This document shows, one piece after another, positions 8,804 to 17,605 of a DNA stretch of 64,000 nt. The stretch comes from an uncultured Gammaproteobacteria bacterium (lineage in GTDB: Bacteria; Patescibacteriota; Microgenomatia; UBA12405). A program made the translations under genes and the position numbers. Positions within the stretch are counted from its first letter, which is position 1; every line of letters begins with the position of its first letter. Location: positions 43,705-107,704 of the forward strand of contig CAZIZX010000003.1 of assembly GCA_964544275.1 (NCBI GenBank), in the 5' to 3' direction. Under the pieces are notes generated by a model, which saw only the letters and a list, made by a program, of their open reading frames with translations, did not search any database and was not told the DNA's origin.

Positions 8804-10138
8804 ATGGTCAATACACCAAACATAAAAACCGTCCTCGTAAAAGTTACAGATTTAATCCCCTCGAATTACAATCCACGAAAGTGGAGCAAAGAGCAGGTTG
8901 AACAGTTAAAGGAGAGTATTCAGCGCTTCGGAATTGTCGACCCTATCATTGCTAATATTGCCGATAATCGGAAAAATATTGTCATAGGTGGACATTTTCG
9001 TCTCGCGTTAGCCAAACAACTCGGATATAAAGAAATCCCGGTTGTTTATGTAAACATTCCAGAAATTGAGCGTGAAAGAGAGCTAAACTTACGATTAAAT
9101 AAAAATCAGGGCGAATTTGACTATAGTCTGTTGGCAAAATTCGACGAGAATATATTAAGTGGTATCGGTTTTAGTAGTGAAGAGATAGACAGTATTTTCG
9201 ACATAGACGATACCAACACCGAAATTTTTGATCTGGAAAAAGAACTAAAAAAGTTGAAGATTGATGAGATCAAATTCCAAAAAGGTGATATATATGCGTT
9301 AGGAGACTCGCGTCTGATGTGCGGTGACTCAACCATCGAGGCTGACGTAATAAAATTAATGAATGGCGAAAAAGCCTCAATGTGCTTCACTGACCCACCC
9401 TATCTTTTATCCTATCTTTACGGCAAACAACGACATGGTAATCCGACAGTTGGTTTCGGAGCTAAAAAGAATCGTCGCTATTTAGAGACCGATGTGTTGC
9501 CGGACAATTTTACTGAGCTTTGGATGGCCAATATTGCCAAAATTCAAGACGAAAACTTTTCAATAATCGTTTATGAAAATTGGAAAAACATTAGAATTAT
9601 TTGGGGAGAAATGGAGAAGTACTGGCGAGTAAAAAATATGCTCGTTTGGCATCTTCCTAACCGAAACCAAGGCTATTCGGCTAAATACAAATTTTTCTCA
9701 AAACATGACATTGCTATGGTAGGAGCATCGCTTAATAGTGATATTGAATTTAATAATGAGCTAGAAATTGATGGTCTTCAGGAGGAATACGAAACGGCTC
9801 TTTATGCCATTAGTGGTAAGCCCCAATGGGAGGGTTATAAAAAAGGAAAGAAGTACCAGCCGACAGATTTTATTGAATTTAATGCCTCAGATGAAAAAAG
9901 TTCTGGCCAGGGAATAATTTTTGGCACCAAACCAATTGAAATTCTTATCCCCTATATTAAAGCCCTCACCAGAAGAGGTGATCTGATTGTAGAACCCTTC
10001 TCTGGCAGTGGTAGTACCCTGATTGCGGCTACTAAAATGAAAAGACGGTGTTATGGTATGGAAAAGTCGCCCGTCTATGCAGAGGTCATTAAAAAACGTT
10101 GGGAGAACTTAACTGGACTAAAGGGGGTAAAAATATGA
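8804..10138 (+). CDS. ParB-like nuclease domain fused to N6-adenine/N4-cytosine DNA methyltransferase
   Basis: N-terminal ParB/Srx-like region (DPIIAN...GGHFRL). MTase motif IV DPPY (CFTDPPY) and motif I EPFSGSGST. This architecture is common in phage-encoded MTases. Confidence 0.8.
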   Translation: MVNTPNIKTVLVKVTDLIPSNYNPRKWSKEQVEQLKESIQRFGIVDPIIANIADNRKNIVIGGHFRLALAKQLGYKEIPVVYVNIPEIERERELNLRLNKNQGEFDYSLLAKFDENILSGIGFSSEEIDSIFDIDDTNTEIFDLEKELKKLKIDEIKFQKGDIYALGDSRLMCGDSTIEADVIKLMNGEKASMCFTDPPYLLSYLYGKQRHGNPTVGFGAKKNRRYLETDVLPDNFTELWMANIAKIQDENFSIIVYENWKNIRIIWGEMEKYWRVKNMLVWHLPNRNQGYSAKYKFFSKHDIAMVGASLNSDIEFNNELEIDGLQEEYETALYAISGKPQWEGYKKGKKYQPTDFIEFNASDEKSSGQGIIFGTKPIEILIPYIKALTRRGDLIVEPFSGSGSTLIAATKMKRRCYGMEKSPVYAEVIKKRWENLTGLKGVKI

Positions 10139-10557
10139 AAAATAAACAGCAGGTAATCGATCAGCTTAAATTCAACCCAATTATTCAAATCGCCTGTCAA
10201 AAATCCGGAGTCAGTCGGGCCACCTTTTATCGGTGGAGAAGCGAAGATGAAGAGTTTAAAAAACAGACTGAAACGGCAATTCAAGACGGTGTCCTATTGA
10301 TAAATGATTTAGCCGAAAGTCAATTGTTGGCGGCCATTAAGGAACAAAACTTAACCGCCATAATATTTTGGTTAAAAAATCACCATGGAGACTACGCTGA
10401 CAAGATTCAGGTCAACACTGACCGAGGATTGATAGATACCAACCTAACGCCAGAAGAAGAGAAGTTAGTTAAAAAGGCTTTAAAAATGGCCGGAATTATT
10501 AATTCACCCCTTAAACATGATCAATCAAAAGCTGGACATCAAAGAGATAATAAATAA
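10135..10557 (+). CDS. terminase small subunit-like HTH protein
   Basis: HTH IACQKSGVSRATFYRWRSEDEEFK. It lies immediately upstream of and overlaps the terminase large subunit. ATGA-coupled to the MTase stop, with SD AAGGGGGT. Confidence 0.6.
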   Translation: MKNKQQVIDQLKFNPIIQIACQKSGVSRATFYRWRSEDEEFKKQTETAIQDGVLLINDLAESQLLAAIKEQNLTAIIFWLKNHHGDYADKIQVNTDRGLIDTNLTPEEEKLVKKALKMAGIINSPLKHDQSKAGHQRDNK

Positions 10558-12079
10558 CCAAAAACTTAGAAAAGAATTGGCAGTAAATAGCCTTTATTGG
10601 TTTTTTCACATCTATCTTCACGATTATGTTCATTTTAAAACGGCTGATTTTCAAAAGGAAATCATTAGCATTGCCGAAAACCAAAACCTGAAAAATGCTT
10701 TTATTGTCGCTTTCCGTGGCTCGGCTAAATCAACCTTGGCCACTTTAGCCCTCCCTTTATGGTCAATAGTAGGTAAGTATAAAAAGAAATTTATCGTTAT
10801 TATTTCTCAAACCCAATCTCAGGCTAAACTTATTTTATCCAACATTCGCGGAGAAATTGAACACAACGAATTATTTATTAAAGATTTTGGTCATTTGAGT
10901 ACTAGTTCGACTAATAATGAGTGGAATTCGGGTACTATTGTTATTGGAAAATCAGGCAGCAGAATTAGTGTCTACTCAACAGGAGAAAGTATTCGGGGCA
11001 TCCGAAATCTATCGGCCAGACCAGATTTAATCATCGGCGACGACCTTGAAGATCTGGCTTCGGTAAAAAGCAGAGACATAAGAGAACAGACTTTTAACTG
11101 GTTTACTGGGGAAATAATGCCACTGGGAGATCCAAAAACAAAGTTAATTGTCATTGGTAACTTACTCCATGAAGATTCTTTAATGATGAAAATTAAAAAC
11201 GCAATTTGTAGTGATTCATTGAGCGGTAAATTTTACGAGTATCCATTGATTTCACCAGGTGGTGCAATTGCTTGGCCAGGAAAGTATCCAACTCAAAAGG
11301 AGATTACAGAAGAAAGGAGAAAAATTGGTAATAATATTGCTTGGCATCGAGAATATTTATTGCAGATTCTACCGCCAGAAGATCGAATAATTCATTATGA
11401 ATGGATAAAATTTTATGATCAATTGCCCCTTAACATCCAAGCCAATCGGGTTGGTTATGTAATCTCTGTTGACCCAGCAATTTCTCAAAAACATACCGCT
11501 GATAAGACTGCTATTCTAGTGGGGGTGATATATAAATCAAAAGATTTTCACTATTTATACATTACCGATATCTACAACTCACAAATTAATTTCCCCACCA
11601 CTAAAGAATTGATCGAAAAATTATCCAACACGGTGGATTCGAGACGGAAAACAACGATTTTAGTTGAACAAGTTGGTTATCAAGAAGCCCTCATACAAGC
11701 CCTTAAGACTGAAGGATACCCAGTTGAAGGAATTAATCCCCACGGGAGCGACAAGAGGGCTAGATTAAGTGTCGCCAGCAGTTATGTCAAAAACGGAAAT
11801 GTATATTTTCCTAAACATAGATCTTCTGAATTAATTGATCAATTAACCAATTTTGGAGTCGAAAAGTATGACGATTTAGCCGATGCCTTTACGATGATGG
11901 TTAACGAGGTATTTGGAACTAATAATAGTCGACTAAATTCCCAAGGTCCAATAAGTGTTAATGTAATCGGACCTTCTATGTATGGAAGGAAGCCAGGTGA
12001 AGACTGGGCCGATGCTGAAGACAGACAAATGCTAGGAAGAATAAATCGAAGAGCAAAATGGAGAAGAATAATTGGATAA
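10517..12079 (+). CDS. phage terminase large subunit
   Basis: Walker A-like FRGSAKST, and a terminase ATPase plus RNaseH-like nuclease architecture over its length. About 80% identical to 24262-25821. Confidence 0.8.
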   Translation: MINQKLDIKEIINNQKLRKELAVNSLYWFFHIYLHDYVHFKTADFQKEIISIAENQNLKNAFIVAFRGSAKSTLATLALPLWSIVGKYKKKFIVIISQTQSQAKLILSNIRGEIEHNELFIKDFGHLSTSSTNNEWNSGTIVIGKSGSRISVYSTGESIRGIRNLSARPDLIIGDDLEDLASVKSRDIREQTFNWFTGEIMPLGDPKTKLIVIGNLLHEDSLMMKIKNAICSDSLSGKFYEYPLISPGGAIAWPGKYPTQKEITEERRKIGNNIAWHREYLLQILPPEDRIIHYEWIKFYDQLPLNIQANRVGYVISVDPAISQKHTADKTAILVGVIYKSKDFHYLYITDIYNSQINFPTTKELIEKLSNTVDSRRKTTILVEQVGYQEALIQALKTEGYPVEGINPHGSDKRARLSVASSYVKNGNVYFPKHRSSELIDQLTNFGVEKYDDLADAFTMMVNEVFGTNNSRLNSQGPISVNVIGPSMYGRKPGEDWADAEDRQMLGRINRRAKWRRIIG

Positions 12080-12084
12080 CTAAT

Positions 12085-12423
12085 TTATTGTCCAGGCAAT
12101 AACGAGTCGGCCTTAATCTTCAACGCTTTACTGATTTTATATAGTACGTAAGCCGTTGGAGTATATTTCGCGTTTTCAAGATGACCTACATAGGTTCGAT
12201 AAAGACCTGCTTGATGAGACAACTCTTCCTGAGACATCCCCGATTCCTCTCTGGCTGTTTTGATTCTTTCGGCTAATTTTTTGGTAAAAACATCTTTTGA
12301 TAACACAAACTCATCATATTCAAGACTCAGAATACTGCCACGCAGTATACATAGACTAAACCGATAAAATATGTCATCATATACGTGAATTAGTGATTGA
12401 AAATAATTCACGAAAGTAAACAA
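12085..12423 (-). CDS. XRE-family HTH transcriptional regulator
   Basis: C-terminal LAERIKTAREESGMSQEELSHQAGLYRTYVGHLENAKYTPTAYVLYKISKALKI matches the Cro/C1-type HTH. The 5' end is uncertain; a GTG at V40 is possible. Confidence 0.7.
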   Translation of the reverse strand: MFTFVNYFQSLIHVYDDIFYRFSLCILRGSILSLEYDEFVLSKDVFTKKLAERIKTAREESGMSQEELSHQAGLYRTYVGHLENAKYTPTAYVLYKISKALKIKADSLLPGQ

Positions 12424-12428
12424 ATTTT

Positions 12429-13502
12429 ATGGCGATAATAATTTCTAAAAATGGGAAAAACGCAATTAAGTTAGACAAGAGTAATTTCCGTTTAGAAGAC
12501 AATCTCCAACAGTACATATACGATAATCCAGAAAGCATTCCTCTCTACGATATTAAAGAAGATATAAAACTCCTGATTTTGGCTCGGGAATTTTCCACTA
12601 AAAGTGGGCCGATAGATGCCCTGGGGGTGGATAAAGATGGTGAAATATATTTAATTGAAACCAAACTTTATAAAAACCCTGATAAAAGAACAGTTGTGGC
12701 TCAAGTCTTAGATTACGGAGCTTCACTTTGGTCAAACTTTAGAGACTTTAGAAATTTTATTGAACAAATAAACCTTCACACTAATAAGGATTTTGGTAAA
12801 ACCCTAAAACAAAGATTGACAGATTTCTTTGAGATTTCTGATGATGAAATTAATTATCTACTGGAAAACACTAGAAGAAATTTAAACGATGGCAACTTTA
12901 AATTTGTTGTTCTAATGGATCATTTACACGATCAACTTAAAGACTTAATTATTTTCCTCAACAATAACAGTGAATTTACTGTTTATGCCGTTGAATTGGA
13001 ATATTACAAACACCAGGATTTTGAAATATTAATTCCGAAACTGTATGGCTCTGAAGTGAAAAAAGATATTGGTAAATCTACGGTATCAAAAACTATTTTG
13101 ACTGATGAAGAGTTTACAAACTACTACAAAGATAGATCAGAAGAACCTCTAGTCGAAGAACTTTTACATCTCAGTAACCGAATTAATGAGAATCAGAGCG
13201 ACTACCCAAACATTATGTCTATCAAGACTCCAAAATTTTTAAACTTCTATTTGACAACCTCATTTGGGGACAAAGTCTCAATTAATTTACCAGTAAATCC
13301 TGATGCTGAAGGAGGAGGACTACAGATTTGGGGCTCCGACATAAATCGGCAAAAAGTAGAGAGTGTTTTAAATGATTCCAAACTCAAATACGAAAAAATA
13401 ATATTTAAAGGGAATAAAAGCGGTAAAATTGCCAGAATTCAACTTAAAGACATCACCATTAATCAGTTTGATGATTTCTTAAAAAAATTAGCGGTAATCT
13501 AA
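12429..13502 (+). CDS. PD-(D/E)xK-type nuclease-like protein (NucS/DUF91/DUF4263-like N-domain)
   Basis: IDALGVDKDGEIYLIETKL fits the D...E.K restriction-endonuclease-fold signature. The C-terminal half is unassigned. Confidence 0.45.
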   Translation: MAIIISKNGKNAIKLDKSNFRLEDNLQQYIYDNPESIPLYDIKEDIKLLILAREFSTKSGPIDALGVDKDGEIYLIETKLYKNPDKRTVVAQVLDYGASLWSNFRDFRNFIEQINLHTNKDFGKTLKQRLTDFFEISDDEINYLLENTRRNLNDGNFKFVVLMDHLHDQLKDLIIFLNNNSEFTVYAVELEYYKHQDFEILIPKLYGSEVKKDIGKSTVSKTILTDEEFTNYYKDRSEEPLVEELLHLSNRINENQSDYPNIMSIKTPKFLNFYLTTSFGDKVSINLPVNPDAEGGGLQIWGSDINRQKVESVLNDSKLKYEKIIFKGNKSGKIARIQLKDITINQFDDFLKKLAVI

Positions 13503-13549
13503 TCCATTCATCTCCTAGACTTCCCTAAAACCTGCGGTACAGTTGTGTC

Positions 13550-14875
13550 ATGAAGAAGAAAGAAGATGGAAAGATACAAGAAAAAGAACAAATAAAATTT
13601 TGCCTCTACGCTAGAAAATCATCCGAATCCGATGAGCGACAGGCTATGTCGATCGAATCTCAAATCAATGAGATGAAGGAGCTGGCAAAAAGAGAAAATC
13701 TACTAATTAAAGAAGTCCGACAAGAAAGTCACTCGGCCAAATTATCATCTCAAAGACCAGTCTTTAACCAATTATTGATTGATATCAGGGCTGGAGAATT
13801 TACTGGGATACTAACTTGGGCTCCTGATAGATTGAGCCGAAATGCAGGGGATCTTGGAACACTGGTAGATTTAATGGATCAGGGGAAATTACAAACGATA
13901 CGGACATATTCACAATCCTTTTCCGATAATCCAAATGAGAAATTCTTGCTAATGATTCTCTGCTCTCAGGCAAAACTGGAAAATGACAACAGAGGCATCA
14001 ATGTTAGACGTGGGATGAAAGCCAAATGCGAAGCTGGATGGCGACCCAATATGGCCCCGCTTGGATATCGTAATGTAATGAATTACAACCGGATAAGTTA
14101 CGTTGAAATTGACGAAGAAAGAGCGCCGATAATAAGGCAGATGTTTAACCGGGTGGGGAATGATGGCCATAGTGGTAAGACCATAAAAAAGTGGCTGGAT
14201 AGAATCGAATTTACCACCCGAAGCGGAAAACCATTAGCATTAAGTAAGGTTTATACAACCTTAAAAAATCCATTTTATTATGGTGAATTTGAATTTAATG
14301 GCAAGATTTATAAAGGCAAACACGAGCCCTTAATAACTAAGGAATTATTTGAAAAAGTCCAGCTCCAATTGGTGGCTCCGGATAGAGAATGGAATAAAAA
14401 AGTCTTTCCTTTCAGAAGTCTTTGCTACTGTGGAACTTGTGGCGAAAGAGTGACAGCTGAGGAAAAATATAAAAAGAATAAATCTGGTGGAGTCAGAAAA
14501 TATATCTACTATCACTGTGGTAAACATATAAATTATGACTGCGATGAACCCTATATTAGTGAGGAAGACCTGATCCAACAACTGGTCATCCACATTGATG
14601 AAATAAAATTACACGAAAAAGAACTTACCCAATATTTAAAACAGGACATTGATAAATTCCACAGATTAAGAGATGAAGTCCTTAATCAGGAAATTATAAG
14701 CGGAAAATTAATCGAACTCGATTATGATGCCTTTAACCATATTGGCAAAGATAAAATCAAGGAATATTTAATCTATGTTCTAAAATTTGGAACGGCAGAA
14801 GAAAGACTTAAAGTAATGTCAGCCATAAAAACCCGATTTATCCTACACAATAAAGAGTTAACCATTAAACAATAA
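13550..14875 (+). CDS. large serine recombinase (phage integrase type)
   Basis: Resolvase catalytic region YARKSSESDERQAMSIESQ (catalytic Ser), a recombinase domain, and zinc ribbon CYCGTCGE...YYHCG. Confidence 0.85.
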   Translation: MKKKEDGKIQEKEQIKFCLYARKSSESDERQAMSIESQINEMKELAKRENLLIKEVRQESHSAKLSSQRPVFNQLLIDIRAGEFTGILTWAPDRLSRNAGDLGTLVDLMDQGKLQTIRTYSQSFSDNPNEKFLLMILCSQAKLENDNRGINVRRGMKAKCEAGWRPNMAPLGYRNVMNYNRISYVEIDEERAPIIRQMFNRVGNDGHSGKTIKKWLDRIEFTTRSGKPLALSKVYTTLKNPFYYGEFEFNGKIYKGKHEPLITKELFEKVQLQLVAPDREWNKKVFPFRSLCYCGTCGERVTAEEKYKKNKSGGVRKYIYYHCGKHINYDCDEPYISEEDLIQQLVIHIDEIKLHEKELTQYLKQDIDKFHRLRDEVLNQEIISGKLIELDYDAFNHIGKDKIKEYLIYVLKFGTAEERLKVMSAIKTRFILHNKELTIKQ

Positions 14876-14897
14876 AGGTATTAGGTTAAAATCTATT

Positions 14898-15977
14898 ATG
14901 ATAAAAATCCAAAAAATATTTTTAGTTATTGTCCTATTTATTTGTACTCTCATTATTTTTCCTGTTTCCATAAAAGCAATTGGTGATGGTTCTTCAGTTG
15001 AGGCGACCATCACTCAAATAATTGAAGAAAAAGAAATAGAAATAATGGAATCGAATCAACTTTATCAAAAACTCGAACTAGAATTGTCTACTCCTGATCA
15101 TAAAAAAGTGATTATTGAAAATGGCAACCAACCCATGGCCAACATTATTAAATACGCGGTTAATGATCGAGTATTAGTTAATGTTATGGAGGGAGTGGGA
15201 GGAGAAGAATATGTGGTTACTGACTTTGTCCGTAAAGACAGTTTAGTGCTTCTGTCAATAATTTTTGTGATCCTCTTGGTACTCATTGCTAAATGGAAAG
15301 GACTTTCTTCCCTGCTGGGAATGATATTTACTTTCTTTGTTGTCTTTATTTTTATTCTTCCCGGGCTTTTAGCTGGTAACAATCCTATTTTAATTGCTGT
15401 CGGAGCGTCTTTGGTGATAATTCCTGTTTCTTTCTATCTAGCTCACGGATTTAATAAAAAAACTACTATTGCCATCGTTAGTTCTATTATCAGTTTAATA
15501 ATTACTGCCGCCCTAGCTTCAATCTTCACTCAAATTGGTCATTTAACTGGATTATCTTCAGAGGAGGCGGGGATGCTATCAATTGGTCAGAGTAATTTAA
15601 ACATGAAAGGAATACTCCTTGCTGGAATTGTCATCGGCGCTTTGGGTGTACTTGATGACATTACTATTTCTCAAGCGGCCATTGTTGACGAACTAGCCAA
15701 AACCGCTAATTTAACTAAAGCCAAAGATCTCTACACTCGGTCAATGGTCATTGGTAAAGACCATATTACTTCCATGGTAAATACTTTGGTTTTGGCTTAT
15801 ACAGGTGCGTCTTTACCTTTACTTTTAATTTTTACCAACAACCCCCATCCATTTATGGAAATTATTAATTATGAATTAATCGCCGAAGAAATAATCAGAA
15901 CCCTAGTTGGTAGTATTGGTCTAATTTTAGCAGTACCAATTACTACCATGATTGCGGCTAACTCTTATAAAAAATAA
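14898..15977 (+). CDS. YibE/F-family polytopic membrane protein
   Basis: N-terminal extracytoplasmic segment followed by about 6 TM helices. The pattern is typical of YibE/F. Confidence 0.55.
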   Translation: MIKIQKIFLVIVLFICTLIIFPVSIKAIGDGSSVEATITQIIEEKEIEIMESNQLYQKLELELSTPDHKKVIIENGNQPMANIIKYAVNDRVLVNVMEGVGGEEYVVTDFVRKDSLVLLSIIFVILLVLIAKWKGLSSLLGMIFTFFVVFIFILPGLLAGNNPILIAVGASLVIIPVSFYLAHGFNKKTTIAIVSSIISLIITAALASIFTQIGHLTGLSSEEAGMLSIGQSNLNMKGILLAGIVIGALGVLDDITISQAAIVDELAKTANLTKAKDLYTRSMVIGKDHITSMVNTLVLAYTGASLPLLLIFTNNPHPFMEIINYELIAEEIIRTLVGSIGLILAVPITTMIAANSYKK

Positions 15978-15990
15978 AGTTAATTTATTT

Positions 15991-16959
15991 TTATTGACAC
16001 ATCATTTGGTCATCCGTTGGTATCGGTAAGTTGTCATCTTCTATTCCTGGGATTGGTTCATAGTCTTCCATCGGTTTGGCTGGTTTTGGTTGGACGTATT
16101 TTACTTCTTTATTAAGTGGAATTTCGGTGTTTGTCAGAGTAATAATTTTCTGGTTTTTGAGCCAATTGTTAAATCCATTCCAAGTAATTTTGTCAGAGGC
16201 TAAAGCTTTTTCATATTCTTTCCACCACTCAAGTCGAGTACCGCCTAAATAGGCGTGGGAGACCAAAATCATATTGGTTGGTTTTTTGGCCACACTTTGA
16301 TCAAATATTTTTCCAAATTCTTTGGCATCAGCGCCTCTGGCCCACAAACTGTAATCACAAAGTGAACCTCTACCCATTGGCTCACCGACATCAACGTTGG
16401 TGACAGAAATAATTTTGACTTTATACTCCTTTGGTTGATAGACCACTGCCTCAACATCCTGAGTCCCTCTTCCCAAGATATATTCAACTCCTAGGGCATC
16501 GGCGACTTTAAGAGTAGTTTCGTCATAAGCAAAATAACGACTGCCAAAAACTCTCATGGGTTTACCAGTAATACTTTCCAATGAATCTTTGGCCTCTTTC
16601 ATCAGTTGATATTGTTTTTCATAGGACATATCCCAAAAGGGTTCACCATCATAACCCCCAGCAATTTCGTATCCTTTATTAGCTAATCTCTTAAACACTT
16701 CCGGATATTCTTTCGGTATATTTCCTTGGGCCTTAACTAAAGCGGTTAGACCTCTTTTGTCTAATTCTTTTTCCCACTGCTCAATACCCTCAATCCTTTC
16801 AAATTCAATCAGCATTAACATGGTATTAATTTTTGAATTGGCTGTTGGATTTAGTTTTTGAGATTTAGAAATAAAAAACATTACGGAAATAGCTAGGATG
16901 AGAAATGATCCCAAAACTAGCCAGGATATATTATTTGTTTGTTTATTTTTTATTTTCAT
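15991..16959 (-). CDS. polysaccharide deacetylase-like protein (membrane anchored)
   Basis: N-terminal TM segment and a NodB-like fold. The motifs are weak, so the assignment is tentative. Confidence 0.4.
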   Translation of the reverse strand: MKIKNKQTNNISWLVLGSFLILAISVMFFISKSQKLNPTANSKINTMLMLIEFERIEGIEQWEKELDKRGLTALVKAQGNIPKEYPEVFKRLANKGYEIAGGYDGEPFWDMSYEKQYQLMKEAKDSLESITGKPMRVFGSRYFAYDETTLKVADALGVEYILGRGTQDVEAVVYQPKEYKVKIISVTNVDVGEPMGRGSLCDYSLWARGADAKEFGKIFDQSVAKKPTNMILVSHAYLGGTRLEWWKEYEKALASDKITWNGFNNWLKNQKIITLTNTEIPLNKEVKYVQPKPAKPMEDYEPIPGIEDDNLPIPTDDQMMCQ

Positions 16960-17233
16960 TTTTGCTAATTTTTATAGCCTTGCCCTTGATTATGGCAATA
17001 GCAATTTTTTTGTAGGCTTTATCTAGAATCCGCCCAAAAGTGGGTTGTGACACATTCATTTTTTTAGCCGCTTCAATTTGATCTAATTCATCAACATCGT
17101 GCAACTTTAAAGCCTCCAGTTCATCTGGTAATAATTCAATTTCTTCTAAAACTGATAAAGGCACACCCCGGGGTTTGAAGTAAACCACCTCGGGGTTAAA
17201 CCTTAAACATCTAGGATTCTTTGGTCTGACCAT
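16943..17233 (-). CDS. DUF134/UPF0251-family DNA-binding protein
   Basis: MVRPKNPRCLRF.P.V.YFKPRGVP...LEEIELLPDELEALKL.D...L.Q.EAAKKMNVSQPTFGRIL..A..KIA matches the DUF134 signature closely. Confidence 0.7.
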   Translation of the reverse strand: MVRPKNPRCLRFNPEVVYFKPRGVPLSVLEEIELLPDELEALKLHDVDELDQIEAAKKMNVSQPTFGRILDKAYKKIAIAIIKGKAIKISKNENKK

Positions 17234-17236
17234 ATC

Positions 17237-17497
17237 TTATTTTAATTCTTCTTCCAGTCTCTTGGTATCCTCAAGCTCTTCTTCCAGAGCTTTGCGATAG
17301 TCCGTTAAAGCTTGAGCTTGTTCTTCTTTGGTTTGGGGTTGATTCCAACCAAAAAATCGACCAAGTCCACGGCCAAAACCTCGGCCACAACCGAATCCGA
17401 AACCTCTACCTAAACCTTTGCCTCCACCGCAAGGACCAAAACCATGTCCGGTTAAGGGACCTTGACCAGCAGGGCCTGTTTTATCTCTATTTGGCAT
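17237..17497 (-). CDS. DUF5320-like glycine-rich small protein with C-terminal coiled coil
   Basis: MPNRDKTGPAGQGPLTGHGFGPCGGG... plus a C-terminal acidic coiled coil. This partner is commonly encoded next to DUF134. Confidence 0.55.
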   Translation of the reverse strand: MPNRDKTGPAGQGPLTGHGFGPCGGGKGLGRGFGFGCGRGFGRGLGRFFGWNQPQTKEEQAQALTDYRKALEEELEDTKRLEEELK

Positions 17498-17605
17498 ATT
17501 GCCTCCTATTTAGATAAATTAATAATAATGAATATATATTCATTATATTCTTTATTAAAGCCTAGTCAAGTACCTGTCGTAAAAAGCCATTAAAAAACCA
17601 ACAAT

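Larger units (their letters stand above)
8721..14875 (+). mobile_element. Capsid-less phage-like integrative module copy 1: leader, ParB-MTase, TerS, TerL, (XRE HTH + PD-(D/E)xK cargo), serine recombinase
   Basis: Collinear with copy 2 at about 80% aa identity. No structural genes. Boundaries are approximate. Confidence 0.45.
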
